Virus record (IMG/VR): IMGVR_UViG_3300008262_003210
Strand: one strand, 5' to 3'
Source of the DNA: a virus
Taxonomy: Duplodnaviria > Caudoviricetes
Length of the DNA stretch: 64,000 bases
This document shows positions 20,789 to 29,362 of the stretch, one piece after another (positions within the stretch are counted from its first letter, which is position 1; every line of letters starts with the position of its first letter). The position numbers and the translations under genes were made by a program. The notes under the pieces were generated by a model, which saw nothing but the letters and a program-made list of their open reading frames with translations, was not told the origin of the DNA and made no database searches.

Positions 20789-22269
20789 TTAGAAAAATTA
20801 ACAACAGTACATGAGTTTCTAGATTTTAAAATTTCTAAACATTCTCTATGAGGAATCATAGTTTGTTCTTCAATAAACTTTTTAAAATCTTTTTGTAGTT
20901 CGTTTATAGAAAACAACATGTCTTCATTTTGTTGCGACATCATATTTTTTATGCTTTCTGCATCAAGCATTTTTAAACCGTGCATGACTAATAACCAATT
21001 TACTTCTCTAAAAAGCAAATATGGTTTAGTAAAGAACGTTGTATTAGGCCCAGACATTTTAAAATGCTCTAATGTTTGCTGATTAAATTCAGTTAATTTT
21101 AAATTTTTACAATCCTTCCAAAAAGCAGAATCACTTCTGTTAGTTATATAATGCAATTGAACAAAGTCAATAATATTTTTAGCTACGTCTTCAAAATCGG
21201 AATTATATTTGTCAATTAATGGCTGATTGCCGTGTTCATAGTTTACTAAAGAGTTAGCAATGCCAAATGCTTGCTGAATAGAAGTTCCTATACTACTTGC
21301 CTCTAACGGTTCAACAAAACTTCCTGCAAGTCCAACAGAAATGCAATTTTTAATCCAAAATTTATTTACATATCCTGCTGTAAATTTAAATGTTTTAGCA
21401 ATATTAATAGGAGAGGAAAAAACTGATTGTGCTTCTGCTATGGCTTGTTCGTCTGTAATAAATTTATCACAATATACATAACCATTACCAAATCTATCAA
21501 TAGTTGGTATTCTCCACATCCAACCAGAACTCATTGCAGTACTAAGGGTGTGTGAAGGAATATCTTCTATTTTTTCTGTAGGAAATGCAAACGCACTATT
21601 CATTGGTAGATAGTCAGAACAGTCTACCCATGTTGCACCTAATTTAGAAGATATGACACGTTTAAATCCACTACAGTCAATAAAAAAATCTGCTGAATAT
21701 TTTCCAGATTTGCCAACTAGTTCTGAAACATGACCTGTGTTATCTAAGATAACATCGTCTATTGTATCATCAATAATTTTTATATCTCTGATTAAACATT
21801 GCTTAATAAGATAATCGTTAAGTTTCATTGTATTGAAATGAAACTGATTAACGGTTCCCTCCAATGGCTCGTAATGAACTGATTTATGAAGGTTATCAGG
21901 AATAATATCGTGATGTGTTTTTCCTTCAGCAATCATACCTAAATAAATGTTATTAGGACCATTATAGCTTTCTTTTAAAAAATGACCATGGACACTATGA
22001 AAATAATAGTCATCGTCTCCATTCCAATTTATAAATTTTATACCAGATTTAAATGTTGCATCTGTTTCTTTTAATAATTCTTGGATTGAAATTCCTGCAA
22101 CCTGCATAAAGCGAGCCCAATGTTCAGTTGACCCTTCTCCAACTCCAATAATGCCAATGTCAGATGATTTTACTATTGTAATATCAAGTTTTCTGTAGAT
22201 AGATTTTAATATAATTGCGTTAACTAGTCCACTAGTCCCACCGCCAAGAATTATTAAATTGTTAATCAT
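20785..22269 (-). CDS. Flavin-dependent halogenase, PrnA-like, copy 2
   Basis: GGGTSG, GVGEGS, ATFKSGIKF, GWMWRIP, FVEPLEASS. Confidence 0.85.
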   Translation of the reverse strand: MINNLIILGGGTSGLVNAIILKSIYRKLDITIVKSSDIGIIGVGEGSTEHWARFMQVAGISIQELLKETDATFKSGIKFINWNGDDDYYFHSVHGHFLKESYNGPNNIYLGMIAEGKTHHDIIPDNLHKSVHYEPLEGTVNQFHFNTMKLNDYLIKQCLIRDIKIIDDTIDDVILDNTGHVSELVGKSGKYSADFFIDCSGFKRVISSKLGATWVDCSDYLPMNSAFAFPTEKIEDIPSHTLSTAMSSGWMWRIPTIDRFGNGYVYCDKFITDEQAIAEAQSVFSSPINIAKTFKFTAGYVNKFWIKNCISVGLAGSFVEPLEASSIGTSIQQAFGIANSLVNYEHGNQPLIDKYNSDFEDVAKNIIDFVQLHYITNRSDSAFWKDCKNLKLTEFNQQTLEHFKMSGPNTTFFTKPYLLFREVNWLLVMHGLKMLDAESIKNMMSQQNEDMLFSINELQKDFKKFIEEQTMIPHRECLEILKSRNSCTVVNFSK

Positions 22270-23731
22270 ATAGTTTTTTCCATTCTTCTGTTGATAAACA
22301 ATCTTTTGTTATCAAATTTATTTCGTTTCGCAACTGATTGTATTCGGTTGTGACTTTTTCTAATATGTTTTCGTGTTTAGAATTTAAAATATTCTTCAAC
22401 ATTGTTTTATCAACTAAATTATAAGCCTGTAATACAACCGCATAATTTTCTAAAGAGTATGCAACTCCAAAATCATAAAAATTTCCATTTTTAATAGCAT
22501 CTAATTTAGATTGTAAAGATTCAGGAATAGAACTAATGGACAAATGCCTATTCCAAAATTCTGTGTCATTTTTTCTATTTCTATAGTGTAAAGAAATAAA
22601 ATCTACTGTATCATTAACAATATCTTCGTATGCAGAATTAAACCTGCTTTGTCCGTGCAAATGAGTTTGCTTGCAAGGGCTCCATGTTTCAGAAAGTATT
22701 CGCAACATCATGGCTATCATAGTGTGTCCGCCAGACCCAAGCGGTTCTAAAAATCCAGAACTGAGTCCTATAGCAATTACATTTTTCTGCCAAGGATTCA
22801 TGGCCATTTCAGGTACCCACGATGCCTTTGCAACTAAATCAACAGTTTTACCAAGTTTGCGTTCAGCTTCTAATTGTGCTTGTTCTGAAGATATTAGAGA
22901 TTCATCGTAGACATATCCATTCCCACTTCTTGATTGTAAATCAATATTAAATCTCCAACCATAATCCATTGCAATCATGTTGCTATAGGGCTGTAAGTTT
23001 GATTTGTCCCACCAAGCAATAACACTATTAGCTGTAAAATATTTAGAAAAATTTTTAAATTTAATTCCTAATTCTTTTTTTAACAGCAGTTGATTAAATC
23101 CGCTACAGTCAATAAAAAAATCAGCTTCAATGTCTTGATTTTCTAAAATTAATTTTTTAATACCAGTTTCGTCTTGTAACGATGATTTATATTTTGATAG
23201 AACTAGTTTTATATCTAAAGATAATCCTATGTTTTTAAAATAATCAGCGTTCTTTCTGCTATCAAAATGATACATAGGTCTAACTACAAATCCGTTTGCA
23301 GTAAATGGTGTCAATCTATTTTCTAACAGAGCTCCTGAAACGGTAGTTTTGTGTAAAGGTATATCTGCAGCTAACAATCCTTTAAGTAAGACATTGTCAG
23401 TTCCAAATTCAGGATTGTAATAATCCCACCGATTTCTGTAAGAAGAAAAAAGAGGCTGTATAAATGTAGTGTTGTTTGCACCCCACCCTACAAATTTACC
23501 TCCTAATTTTGGTAATGCATCAACTTTTTTAATCCAGTCGTTTGTGTCAATGTCTAAAAAATCTAACAAATCAACAAAAGGCGCTGTGCAACTTTCTCCG
23601 GCTATGATTGGCGGGTGTTTTGGATCTTCTATAACTGTAATATCTAAGGACGGCCAAACTTTTTTGAAAAAAATAGCTGATAGCCAGCCACTTGTTCCTC
23701 CGCCTAGTATAGCAACAGTTTTTACATCCAT
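22262..23731 (-). CDS. Flavin-dependent halogenase-family protein, copy 3 (degenerate motifs)
   Basis: Probable start MDVKTVAILGGGTSG at 23731 (track start 23773 overlaps the upstream gene); ALPKLGGKF; GWRFNID instead of WxWxIP; FLEPLGSGG instead of EPLES. Confidence 0.75.
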   Translation of the reverse strand: MDVKTVAILGGGTSGWLSAIFFKKVWPSLDITVIEDPKHPPIIAGESCTAPFVDLLDFLDIDTNDWIKKVDALPKLGGKFVGWGANNTTFIQPLFSSYRNRWDYYNPEFGTDNVLLKGLLAADIPLHKTTVSGALLENRLTPFTANGFVVRPMYHFDSRKNADYFKNIGLSLDIKLVLSKYKSSLQDETGIKKLILENQDIEADFFIDCSGFNQLLLKKELGIKFKNFSKYFTANSVIAWWDKSNLQPYSNMIAMDYGWRFNIDLQSRSGNGYVYDESLISSEQAQLEAERKLGKTVDLVAKASWVPEMAMNPWQKNVIAIGLSSGFLEPLGSGGHTMIAMMLRILSETWSPCKQTHLHGQSRFNSAYEDIVNDTVDFISLHYRNRKNDTEFWNRHLSISSIPESLQSKLDAIKNGNFYDFGVAYSLENYAVVLQAYNLVDKTMLKNILNSKHENILEKVTTEYNQLRNEINLITKDCLSTEEWKKLYD

Positions 23732-24423
23732 CGTTTTGGCCTCAATTTGTTTATGGCGTTGTGTATTTTCCAACTAAGTTTAGGCATATAATGTTTAAGA
23801 GTTAAACAACTGTTAACTGCATGTTCTAATTTTTCTGTTCTTTCTATTTGTTTAAGTACAAATTTATCACTTGGATTGTCAGACCTAAATCTAATGTAGG
23901 CCATTGGTTGACCTCGTTTTAAAATAACTTCATCTTCTAACATCTCAATAGTAGTTACAATAGGTCGCTGCCAAGAGTAAATGTTAAACATACCTGGAAT
24001 GAGTCTCCAAGAATGATCAATGTGATTAAATGGGGGAATAAATTCTACATAAACAGGTTGATCCGCTACAAATACAAAACTATTGCTAATGGCTACAATG
24101 GGTCTACCATTGTCAGGATCAAAATCACCCCAATGAGTTCTTACCATTGCATCAGCAGCATCTTTGGGTAAATTTGTGCTGATTACTTTGTTATATTTGT
24201 CCCAGTGTAAAACTAAATCTACTGTATTTTTTAACACAAATGTATTTTTTACATATTTTACAAATGCAGGACATTGATGATAACGAGAAGTTGAGTCGTT
24301 CCAAGTATCTAGTGGCTCTAGATCAAAATAGGCCAAATCAACCCACCCATAATAGTTAAGTGCAGTATTTGTAGTTCGAATATTTTTTTCAAACCACGGA
24401 CAAAAACCAATTTTAATAGTCAT
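23722..24423 (-). CDS. DUF6065-like protein, copy 2
   Basis: CPAFVKYVKNTFVLK...IPGMFNIYSWQRP...LKRGQPMAYIRF; same pattern as 16625-17362. Confidence 0.5.
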   Translation of the reverse strand: MTIKIGFCPWFEKNIRTTNTALNYYGWVDLAYFDLEPLDTWNDSTSRYHQCPAFVKYVKNTFVLKNTVDLVLHWDKYNKVISTNLPKDAADAMVRTHWGDFDPDNGRPIVAISNSFVFVADQPVYVEFIPPFNHIDHSWRLIPGMFNIYSWQRPIVTTIEMLEDEVILKRGQPMAYIRFRSDNPSDKFVLKQIERTEKLEHAVNSCLTLKHYMPKLSWKIHNAINKLRPKRWM

Positions 24424-24631
24424 AGTTAGATGACCAAAATCCTTGCGGGCAGCTACCGGCTTTTAAAGCGCACTTAGCACTTACTGGACTGCCTACAATT
24501 TTACATATACCCTCGTTTTTGTTTTCATATGCATAACAATTTTTACAAATTTCCATTCTTTGTTCGTATATTTGCATAGAAACGCGAAGCACTCTTTCGT
24601 CTAAGTGCATCTGTCTTGGTTTTTTAATCAT
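24413..24631 (-). CDS. Small Cys-rich protein (DUF6171-like, R..IC..C...C...C...CP.G.W)
   Basis: 72 aa with 5 Cys; coupled by overlaps to both neighbours. Confidence 0.55.
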   Translation of the reverse strand: MIKKPRQMHLDERVLRVSMQIYEQRMEICKNCYAYENKNEGICKIVGSPVSAKCALKAGSCPQGFWSSNYDY

Positions 24632-25343
24632 TTTTTAAACTCCGTTTCATATGATCTAGAATAAATTCTAAATTTAAAATTTTATTTTGTAACTGATCAA
24701 TTTCACTAGTATGTGGTTGATAGTCTATTACATAGTTGCTGTCTGACGAAAGATATTTTCCAGAGTAATTAATGTTGTAACTCATTACAATTCTAGGGTG
24801 ATTAGAAAGATTTTCTTTTGTCTTATGTCTAATCCATCCCGGAAATAATATTAAATCTCCTGTCGAAACTGGAATAGAAGTTTCTATTTTATTTTCAATA
24901 GCAACTCCATACGGTATATGGGTTAGTCCATATTCCATTGGATTTATTAATACTAAGTCTCCAGAGTTTTTTTCGGCTTTTATGTATAATGTAGCAACTA
25001 TTGGATATAAACTATGAGAATGTTCTACTGTAAGACTATTATTATAATGTATATTTGACCAACATTGGTCAATCCTAGGTTCTAACCTAGGATCAATATC
25101 TAATATTTTCCAATATAATTTAGTATGTTGTAGAACAATATCTGATACTGTTTTTGAATATTCTTCTAGATGTAAATTACAGTCAGTGGAATAAGTGCTC
25201 ACTCCACCGTTCATTTCTAAATTACTAGTTTTAGGGGAAGATTGCTTTAATTTAACCTGTAGATTTTCTTCAAGATTACTAGTATCTATTTGATCTAAAA
25301 TATTAACTTTATATATTGGTAAAGAGAATAAATTGATAATCAT
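24624..25343 (-). CDS. Fe(II)/2OG oxygenase-like (HxH) with C-terminal coiled coil
   Basis: WSNIH...EHSHS...GDLILFPGWIRH...RIVMSYN; tail EIDQLQNKILNLE. Confidence 0.8.
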   Translation of the reverse strand: MIINLFSLPIYKVNILDQIDTSNLEENLQVKLKQSSPKTSNLEMNGGVSTYSTDCNLHLEEYSKTVSDIVLQHTKLYWKILDIDPRLEPRIDQCWSNIHYNNSLTVEHSHSLYPIVATLYIKAEKNSGDLVLINPMEYGLTHIPYGVAIENKIETSIPVSTGDLILFPGWIRHKTKENLSNHPRIVMSYNINYSGKYLSSDSNYVIDYQPHTSEIDQLQNKILNLEFILDHMKRSLKND

Positions 25344-25349
25344 CGCGCT

Positions 25350-25937
25350 TTATTCCAAGTACCATTTTTTACTCACAAAAGTTTTAAAAGAAAGATATGT
25401 TCTAAGTTTTTTGCAATCTCTATTAGGTGCAAGGCCCCTGTGAGGTATGTTACTATCAAAAACTAAACAAGTATTGGGCATTGGGTAATAGGTTGCAATA
25501 ACATTTCCGTCTTGATCAAAAAACTGAAATTCTCCTCCCCATTCTGGATTCCATTCCTGATTAGGGAAAAAACAAAAAGTCATAAATCCGTCGCCCATGT
25601 CGTTAAACTCTACTTCTTTATCAGTGTGTATTCCGCCATCTAACCCAAATGTTTTTCCTCCGGCAATAGCACTATAAAGTTTAAATTGATATTTTTTGGT
25701 ACTAGGCTCAAGTTCATTTAATTTATTAATGATTTCGTAAAACGCCTGTTCTCCTACCATGTGATACAATGTTAAATCGGCTTGCCAAAACATTGTTGTA
25801 TCCTCGTCCCAAACGTCAGGATTTGTAACTCTGCCATATTGCCAAATTGGTTTTTTCAATTCAGCAACAATGTTTACAAATGTATCATTTCTCAGTACAT
25901 TTTCTAAATAAAATATTTCAGACATGGGTTTGTTCAT
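25350..25937 (-). CDS. Fe(II)/2OG oxygenase (HxD)
   Basis: GIHTD...W.PEWGGEFQF...PNTCLVFDS.IPHRG...R.YLSFK. Confidence 0.85.
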   Translation of the reverse strand: MNKPMSEIFYLENVLRNDTFVNIVAELKKPIWQYGRVTNPDVWDEDTTMFWQADLTLYHMVGEQAFYEIINKLNELEPSTKKYQFKLYSAIAGGKTFGLDGGIHTDKEVEFNDMGDGFMTFCFFPNQEWNPEWGGEFQFFDQDGNVIATYYPMPNTCLVFDSNIPHRGLAPNRDCKKLRTYLSFKTFVSKKWYLE

Positions 25938-25938
25938 A

Positions 25939-26571
25939 TTAGTTGATATCCTTATTGTGTCTATTTATGGCCTGTTTTGCCATATTTTTAGAATTTTGAT
26001 TAGACCATTCTGGGAAATTATGCTCCTCCGCTGCTAGGCTAGACAGCAAATTTGTGTCTAAATCGTGTTTGTAATTTGCATAACTGCCATGTTTTTTAAC
26101 ATAATGAAGAAATGCTTGATACTGATACTGTTGCCCTTGCATAGGGTGTCTAAAATGCATAATTTCAGTTCCTTTGTACAGTAGCACATCACCAATGTCT
26201 AAGTCAACACTTATAACTTGTCCGTTATCTACTAACCAAAATGGCCATATGTATTTTTCATAATTCAACGTTAACGTAAGACTAATTTCACAACTTGGTC
26301 TATCAGTGTGTGGTGGAAGACTATCATTTTCTTGATATATCCTAGCATATGAATAGCATGGATATAATTCTTCTCCTACTATTGTTTCAACATTTTTTTG
26401 TATTTCTACTAATTCATCATTAAATATTCCGTAAAACGCAGGACTTAACGTACACAACGGATCAGGATTTCGATATACTCCTCGGCCAAATAATGTATTA
26501 AGCCTGTTGGCCATCTCTACACATTTTTCTTTTTCAAAGAAATTTTTTAAAATCTTATAATTTTCTTTCAT
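25939..26571 (-). CDS. Fe(II)/2OG oxygenase (HxD, cyanophage-type)
   Basis: YSYARIY....L.PHTDRPSCEIS.TL...GD.LLYKG...HFR...QAFLHYV. Confidence 0.8.
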   Translation of the reverse strand: MKENYKILKNFFEKEKCVEMANRLNTLFGRGVYRNPDPLCTLSPAFYGIFNDELVEIQKNVETIVGEELYPCYSYARIYQENDSLPPHTDRPSCEISLTLTLNYEKYIWPFWLVDNGQVISVDLDIGDVLLYKGTEIMHFRHPMQGQQYQYQAFLHYVKKHGSYANYKHDLDTNLLSSLAAEEHNFPEWSNQNSKNMAKQAINRHNKDIN

Positions 26572-27142
26572 TTTGGCTAAGAGTTATATTAAACGATAAA
26601 CTAATTCTTTTATGACTTGTATTATTATGAAACACGGCATGTTCTAAAAAACTTGGAAATAACAAAATCTTTCCAACTTCTGGTTTATAGTTAACAGCGT
26701 TATCAATATTGTAAGTTAGCTTATGAAATCTATTAACTAAAGAAGGATTTCTAAAAACAATATCTCCGTCATCACCAGAAGTTTGGTGATAATAAACACC
26801 AGACATGTCACTATCGCCGTGCAAATGATAATGTTGAAAAGAATGTTCGCCTCCTATATTACACCATGATTCTCTAACATTAATGTTTAAATTAGAATAG
26901 TTTAATCGTATTAAGAATTCCCTACAATGTTTTTTTATTTCTTCTAATAGAATTGGTGTTTCAGATAAAACGTGTTCGTAATTACCATACTTAAAAGTAG
27001 TTGAAACTGTGTCTCCCCAAGGATTTACAAGCCGTGCTCCATGTAAAGTAGACACATACTCTGAAACTTCTTTTTGAATTGAATCTATATTTTCAACAAT
27101 AGCAAAATATATAGGAGTAGGAAAAAAATATTCAACTGGCAT
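26555..27142 (-). CDS. Fe(II)/2OG oxygenase-like (HxH)
   Basis: ESWCN...HYHLH...SGVYY...GKILLFPSFLEH.V...RISLSFN. Confidence 0.85.
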   Translation of the reverse strand: MPVEYFFPTPIYFAIVENIDSIQKEVSEYVSTLHGARLVNPWGDTVSTTFKYGNYEHVLSETPILLEEIKKHCREFLIRLNYSNLNINVRESWCNIGGEHSFQHYHLHGDSDMSGVYYHQTSGDDGDIVFRNPSLVNRFHKLTYNIDNAVNYKPEVGKILLFPSFLEHAVFHNNTSHKRISLSFNITLSQNERKL

Positions 27143-27758
27143 TGGATTCTATTGACAAGTTAAAAGGAATACTTATTTTATTTTTTAATTGTTTATGACT
27201 ATCATATCCATGATATACATTAGATTTAAACAATACTAATCTTCCAGGAACACAGTCATATGAGATTTTAGAATAATTCATCGGGTTATGAACCCAAGGT
27301 TTAACCGGTTCGTATGCATCTCTGTAAGGCGAACCAAAACATATCTTTGCACCTGGCGGAGCATCTACATAAAATACTCCGCTTATAGCAGCCCTGCCAA
27401 CAGTACTATGAATATGTTGAGCATGATAATCATATGGACCAATAGAATTTAACCACATGTTTGTAAAAGCCAGTTGATTCTCTTTTAAAGAAGGATATCC
27501 TAATACTTCACAAAATAGTAATGTTTGTTTTCGAATAGCTAAACATAAATCAGAAAATCTAACATCATTGTATAAATGACCGTATACGTCATGCCAAAAA
27601 GAAGTATGCAGACTACTTTCACCAAACGGATGAGGATCCTTTTCAATGTCTTTCAACATTTCCAAAGCAATCTGTTCGTAGTCGGCAAGTTTATCCATGC
27701 AGTTAAGGTCTGAATAATAGACCAATGTTGGAAACCACGAATCAATATAATGTGTCAT
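27132..27758 (-). CDS. Fe(II)/2OG oxygenase-like (HxH)
   Basis: MWLN...QHIHS...SGVFYV...GRLVLFKS.VYH...KISIPFN. Confidence 0.8.
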   Translation of the reverse strand: MTHYIDSWFPTLVYYSDLNCMDKLADYEQIALEMLKDIEKDPHPFGESSLHTSFWHDVYGHLYNDVRFSDLCLAIRKQTLLFCEVLGYPSLKENQLAFTNMWLNSIGPYDYHAQHIHSTVGRAAISGVFYVDAPPGAKICFGSPYRDAYEPVKPWVHNPMNYSKISYDCVPGRLVLFKSNVYHGYDSHKQLKNKISIPFNLSIESNAS

Positions 27759-28342
27759 TTAAATCTTGGCCCTACGACCCAGGAAACTAAACTTTTTCTT
27801 AAACCTTCTGTTACCGGAGTTACTTCGTGAATTACATAACTGGGGAATACAATTAAAGTTCCTTTAGTTTTAGGAGCAATTACTGGATCCTTTGTTGAAA
27901 ATCTATAAAATAATAATTCACCTCCTTGGTAGTCGGCTTCATCTGAAAGTTGAATAGTTAAACTTAATTTTCTAAAAAGATTATATTTGTAACCGTCGTC
28001 GCTGTGTGGTTTGTAATGACCTAGTGTATCTGAATGGTATTCAGCGTACTGTAAGTCTTCCATTTCTGTTAAATCGTATCTGTAAAATCTGTCATTCAAC
28101 TGTTGAATAATATTTGAAAGTTTCATGTAAAGATCTTTGGATTCTTCGTTAGTTTCAATCCAAGAAATTTTATTCTTACGAATTTCTTCGTTAGAAATTC
28201 CGGCTTCTAAAGTGCCATCGCCCTGCATAGTACTTTTGCTAGCCAGCATTTCTACTAATTTTATTTCATCATCGGTAAGAACGCCTGGTGCGTATGCAAA
28301 TGGTTCATTTGCGTAATTTAAATCTTTTATAAACCAGCTCAT
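27755..28342 (-). CDS. Fe(II)/2OG oxygenase (PKHD/prolyl-hydroxylase-like, HxD)
   Basis: HYKPHSD...RKLSLTIQLS...YQGGEL...GTLIVFPSYVIHEVTPVT.G.RKSLVSW. Confidence 0.85.
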   Translation of the reverse strand: MSWFIKDLNYANEPFAYAPGVLTDDEIKLVEMLASKSTMQGDGTLEAGISNEEIRKNKISWIETNEESKDLYMKLSNIIQQLNDRFYRYDLTEMEDLQYAEYHSDTLGHYKPHSDDGYKYNLFRKLSLTIQLSDEADYQGGELLFYRFSTKDPVIAPKTKGTLIVFPSYVIHEVTPVTEGLRKSLVSWVVGPRFK

Positions 28343-28911
28343 TGTTTCAATCCTGTATCAAAACTAACCACATATCGTTGATTAGAAAAATTATTTTCAG
28401 TGTAATGCATCAGCCAACTAGGAAACAATATTAAATCTCCCAGTGCTACTTTAAAATTAAAGGCTTGTCTGTTGTATTCAGTTAATCTTGTTGAAATTTC
28501 ATTAACCTTAAAAGGTTGACATGGGTTATCAAATATTAACTCGCCCGAATCGTCATCTGCTTTGCTATAAAAAACACCACTTATTAGACTAAGTTCGTGC
28601 CTATGAGGTTTAATTGTGCTGCCATCTCTGTATATGTTACACCAACTATAAGTTATTTTACAAGGATGCAATCCTAATTGATCAGCATAAAGATCTACAC
28701 ATTCCTGTATAGCATTTTTAAGATCTAAATTAGAATCTAAAAAAGAAGATGAGTTGCTTCTTAAACCTTTACCATTAAACAACTTATGATAAGTGTTAAC
28801 AAGTTCAGTTTCTTCAATTTTTTTACTAATTTCTTCTAAGTTAGCTTTGCCTAACAAATTATAAACATTTATAACGGTTGGAAATAACCAACATTCTGCT
28901 TTTTTAATCAT
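28339..28911 (-). CDS. Fe(II)/2OG oxygenase-like (HxH)
   Basis: SWCNIY...PHRH...SGVFY...GDLILFPSWLMH...RYVVSFD. Confidence 0.85.
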   Translation of the reverse strand: MIKKAECWLFPTVINVYNLLGKANLEEISKKIEETELVNTYHKLFNGKGLRSNSSSFLDSNLDLKNAIQECVDLYADQLGLHPCKITYSWCNIYRDGSTIKPHRHELSLISGVFYSKADDDSGELIFDNPCQPFKVNEISTRLTEYNRQAFNFKVALGDLILFPSWLMHYTENNFSNQRYVVSFDTGLKQ

Positions 28912-28912
28912 T

Positions 28913-29362
28913 TTAAATTAAGTCCACTAAATCAAATATTGTTTGTAATTTTGTTCTAATAGTTTTATTACTAAAACTATTTCTCAAACCTTGATGCAAT
29001 GGTTTAGGAGCGTAATCAACATTTACCCATGCGTAGCCGGTGTGTTCTTGGCTGAGAATGGGAATAAATTCGTTGTCTATTACACAGAGATATGTGTGAA
29101 AATTAAAAACTTTGTCGTTTGATACAAACGTCTCTAATGGTATAGTTTTGATTATGTGGGGAGTTGTGCCTACTTCTTCAGATACTTCTCTTTGAAGTCC
29201 TTGCCAGGGATTTTCATGTTGTAGGTTAGTGCCACCTACTAATCCCCAAGTACCAGCATGTTTGCCTTCGGCTTTTTGTAACAGTAAAAATCTTCGTGTA
29301 GATTTAGCGTAGAATAATGCTCCGCTACATACAATCTTATCTGTTACAGTTCTAATCTCCAT
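28913..29362 (-). CDS. Nudix hydrolase
   Basis: Complete Nudix box G-x5-E-x7-REVSEEVG. Confidence 0.85.
   Translation of the reverse strand: MEIRTVTDKIVCSGALFYAKSTRRFLLLQKAEGKHAGTWGLVGGTNLQHENPWQGLQREVSEEVGTTPHIIKTIPLETFVSNDKVFNFHTYLCVIDNEFIPILSQEHTGYAWVNVDYAPKPLHQGLRNSFSNKTIRTKLQTIFDLVDLI

Noticed and set aside
15460-28911. Classical secondary-metabolite cluster (e.g. pyrrolnitrin) or TET/JBP DNA hydroxylases
   Set aside because: No scaffold synthases or PrnB-D homologues recognised; none of the oxygenases shows a TET/JBP signature I can recognise.
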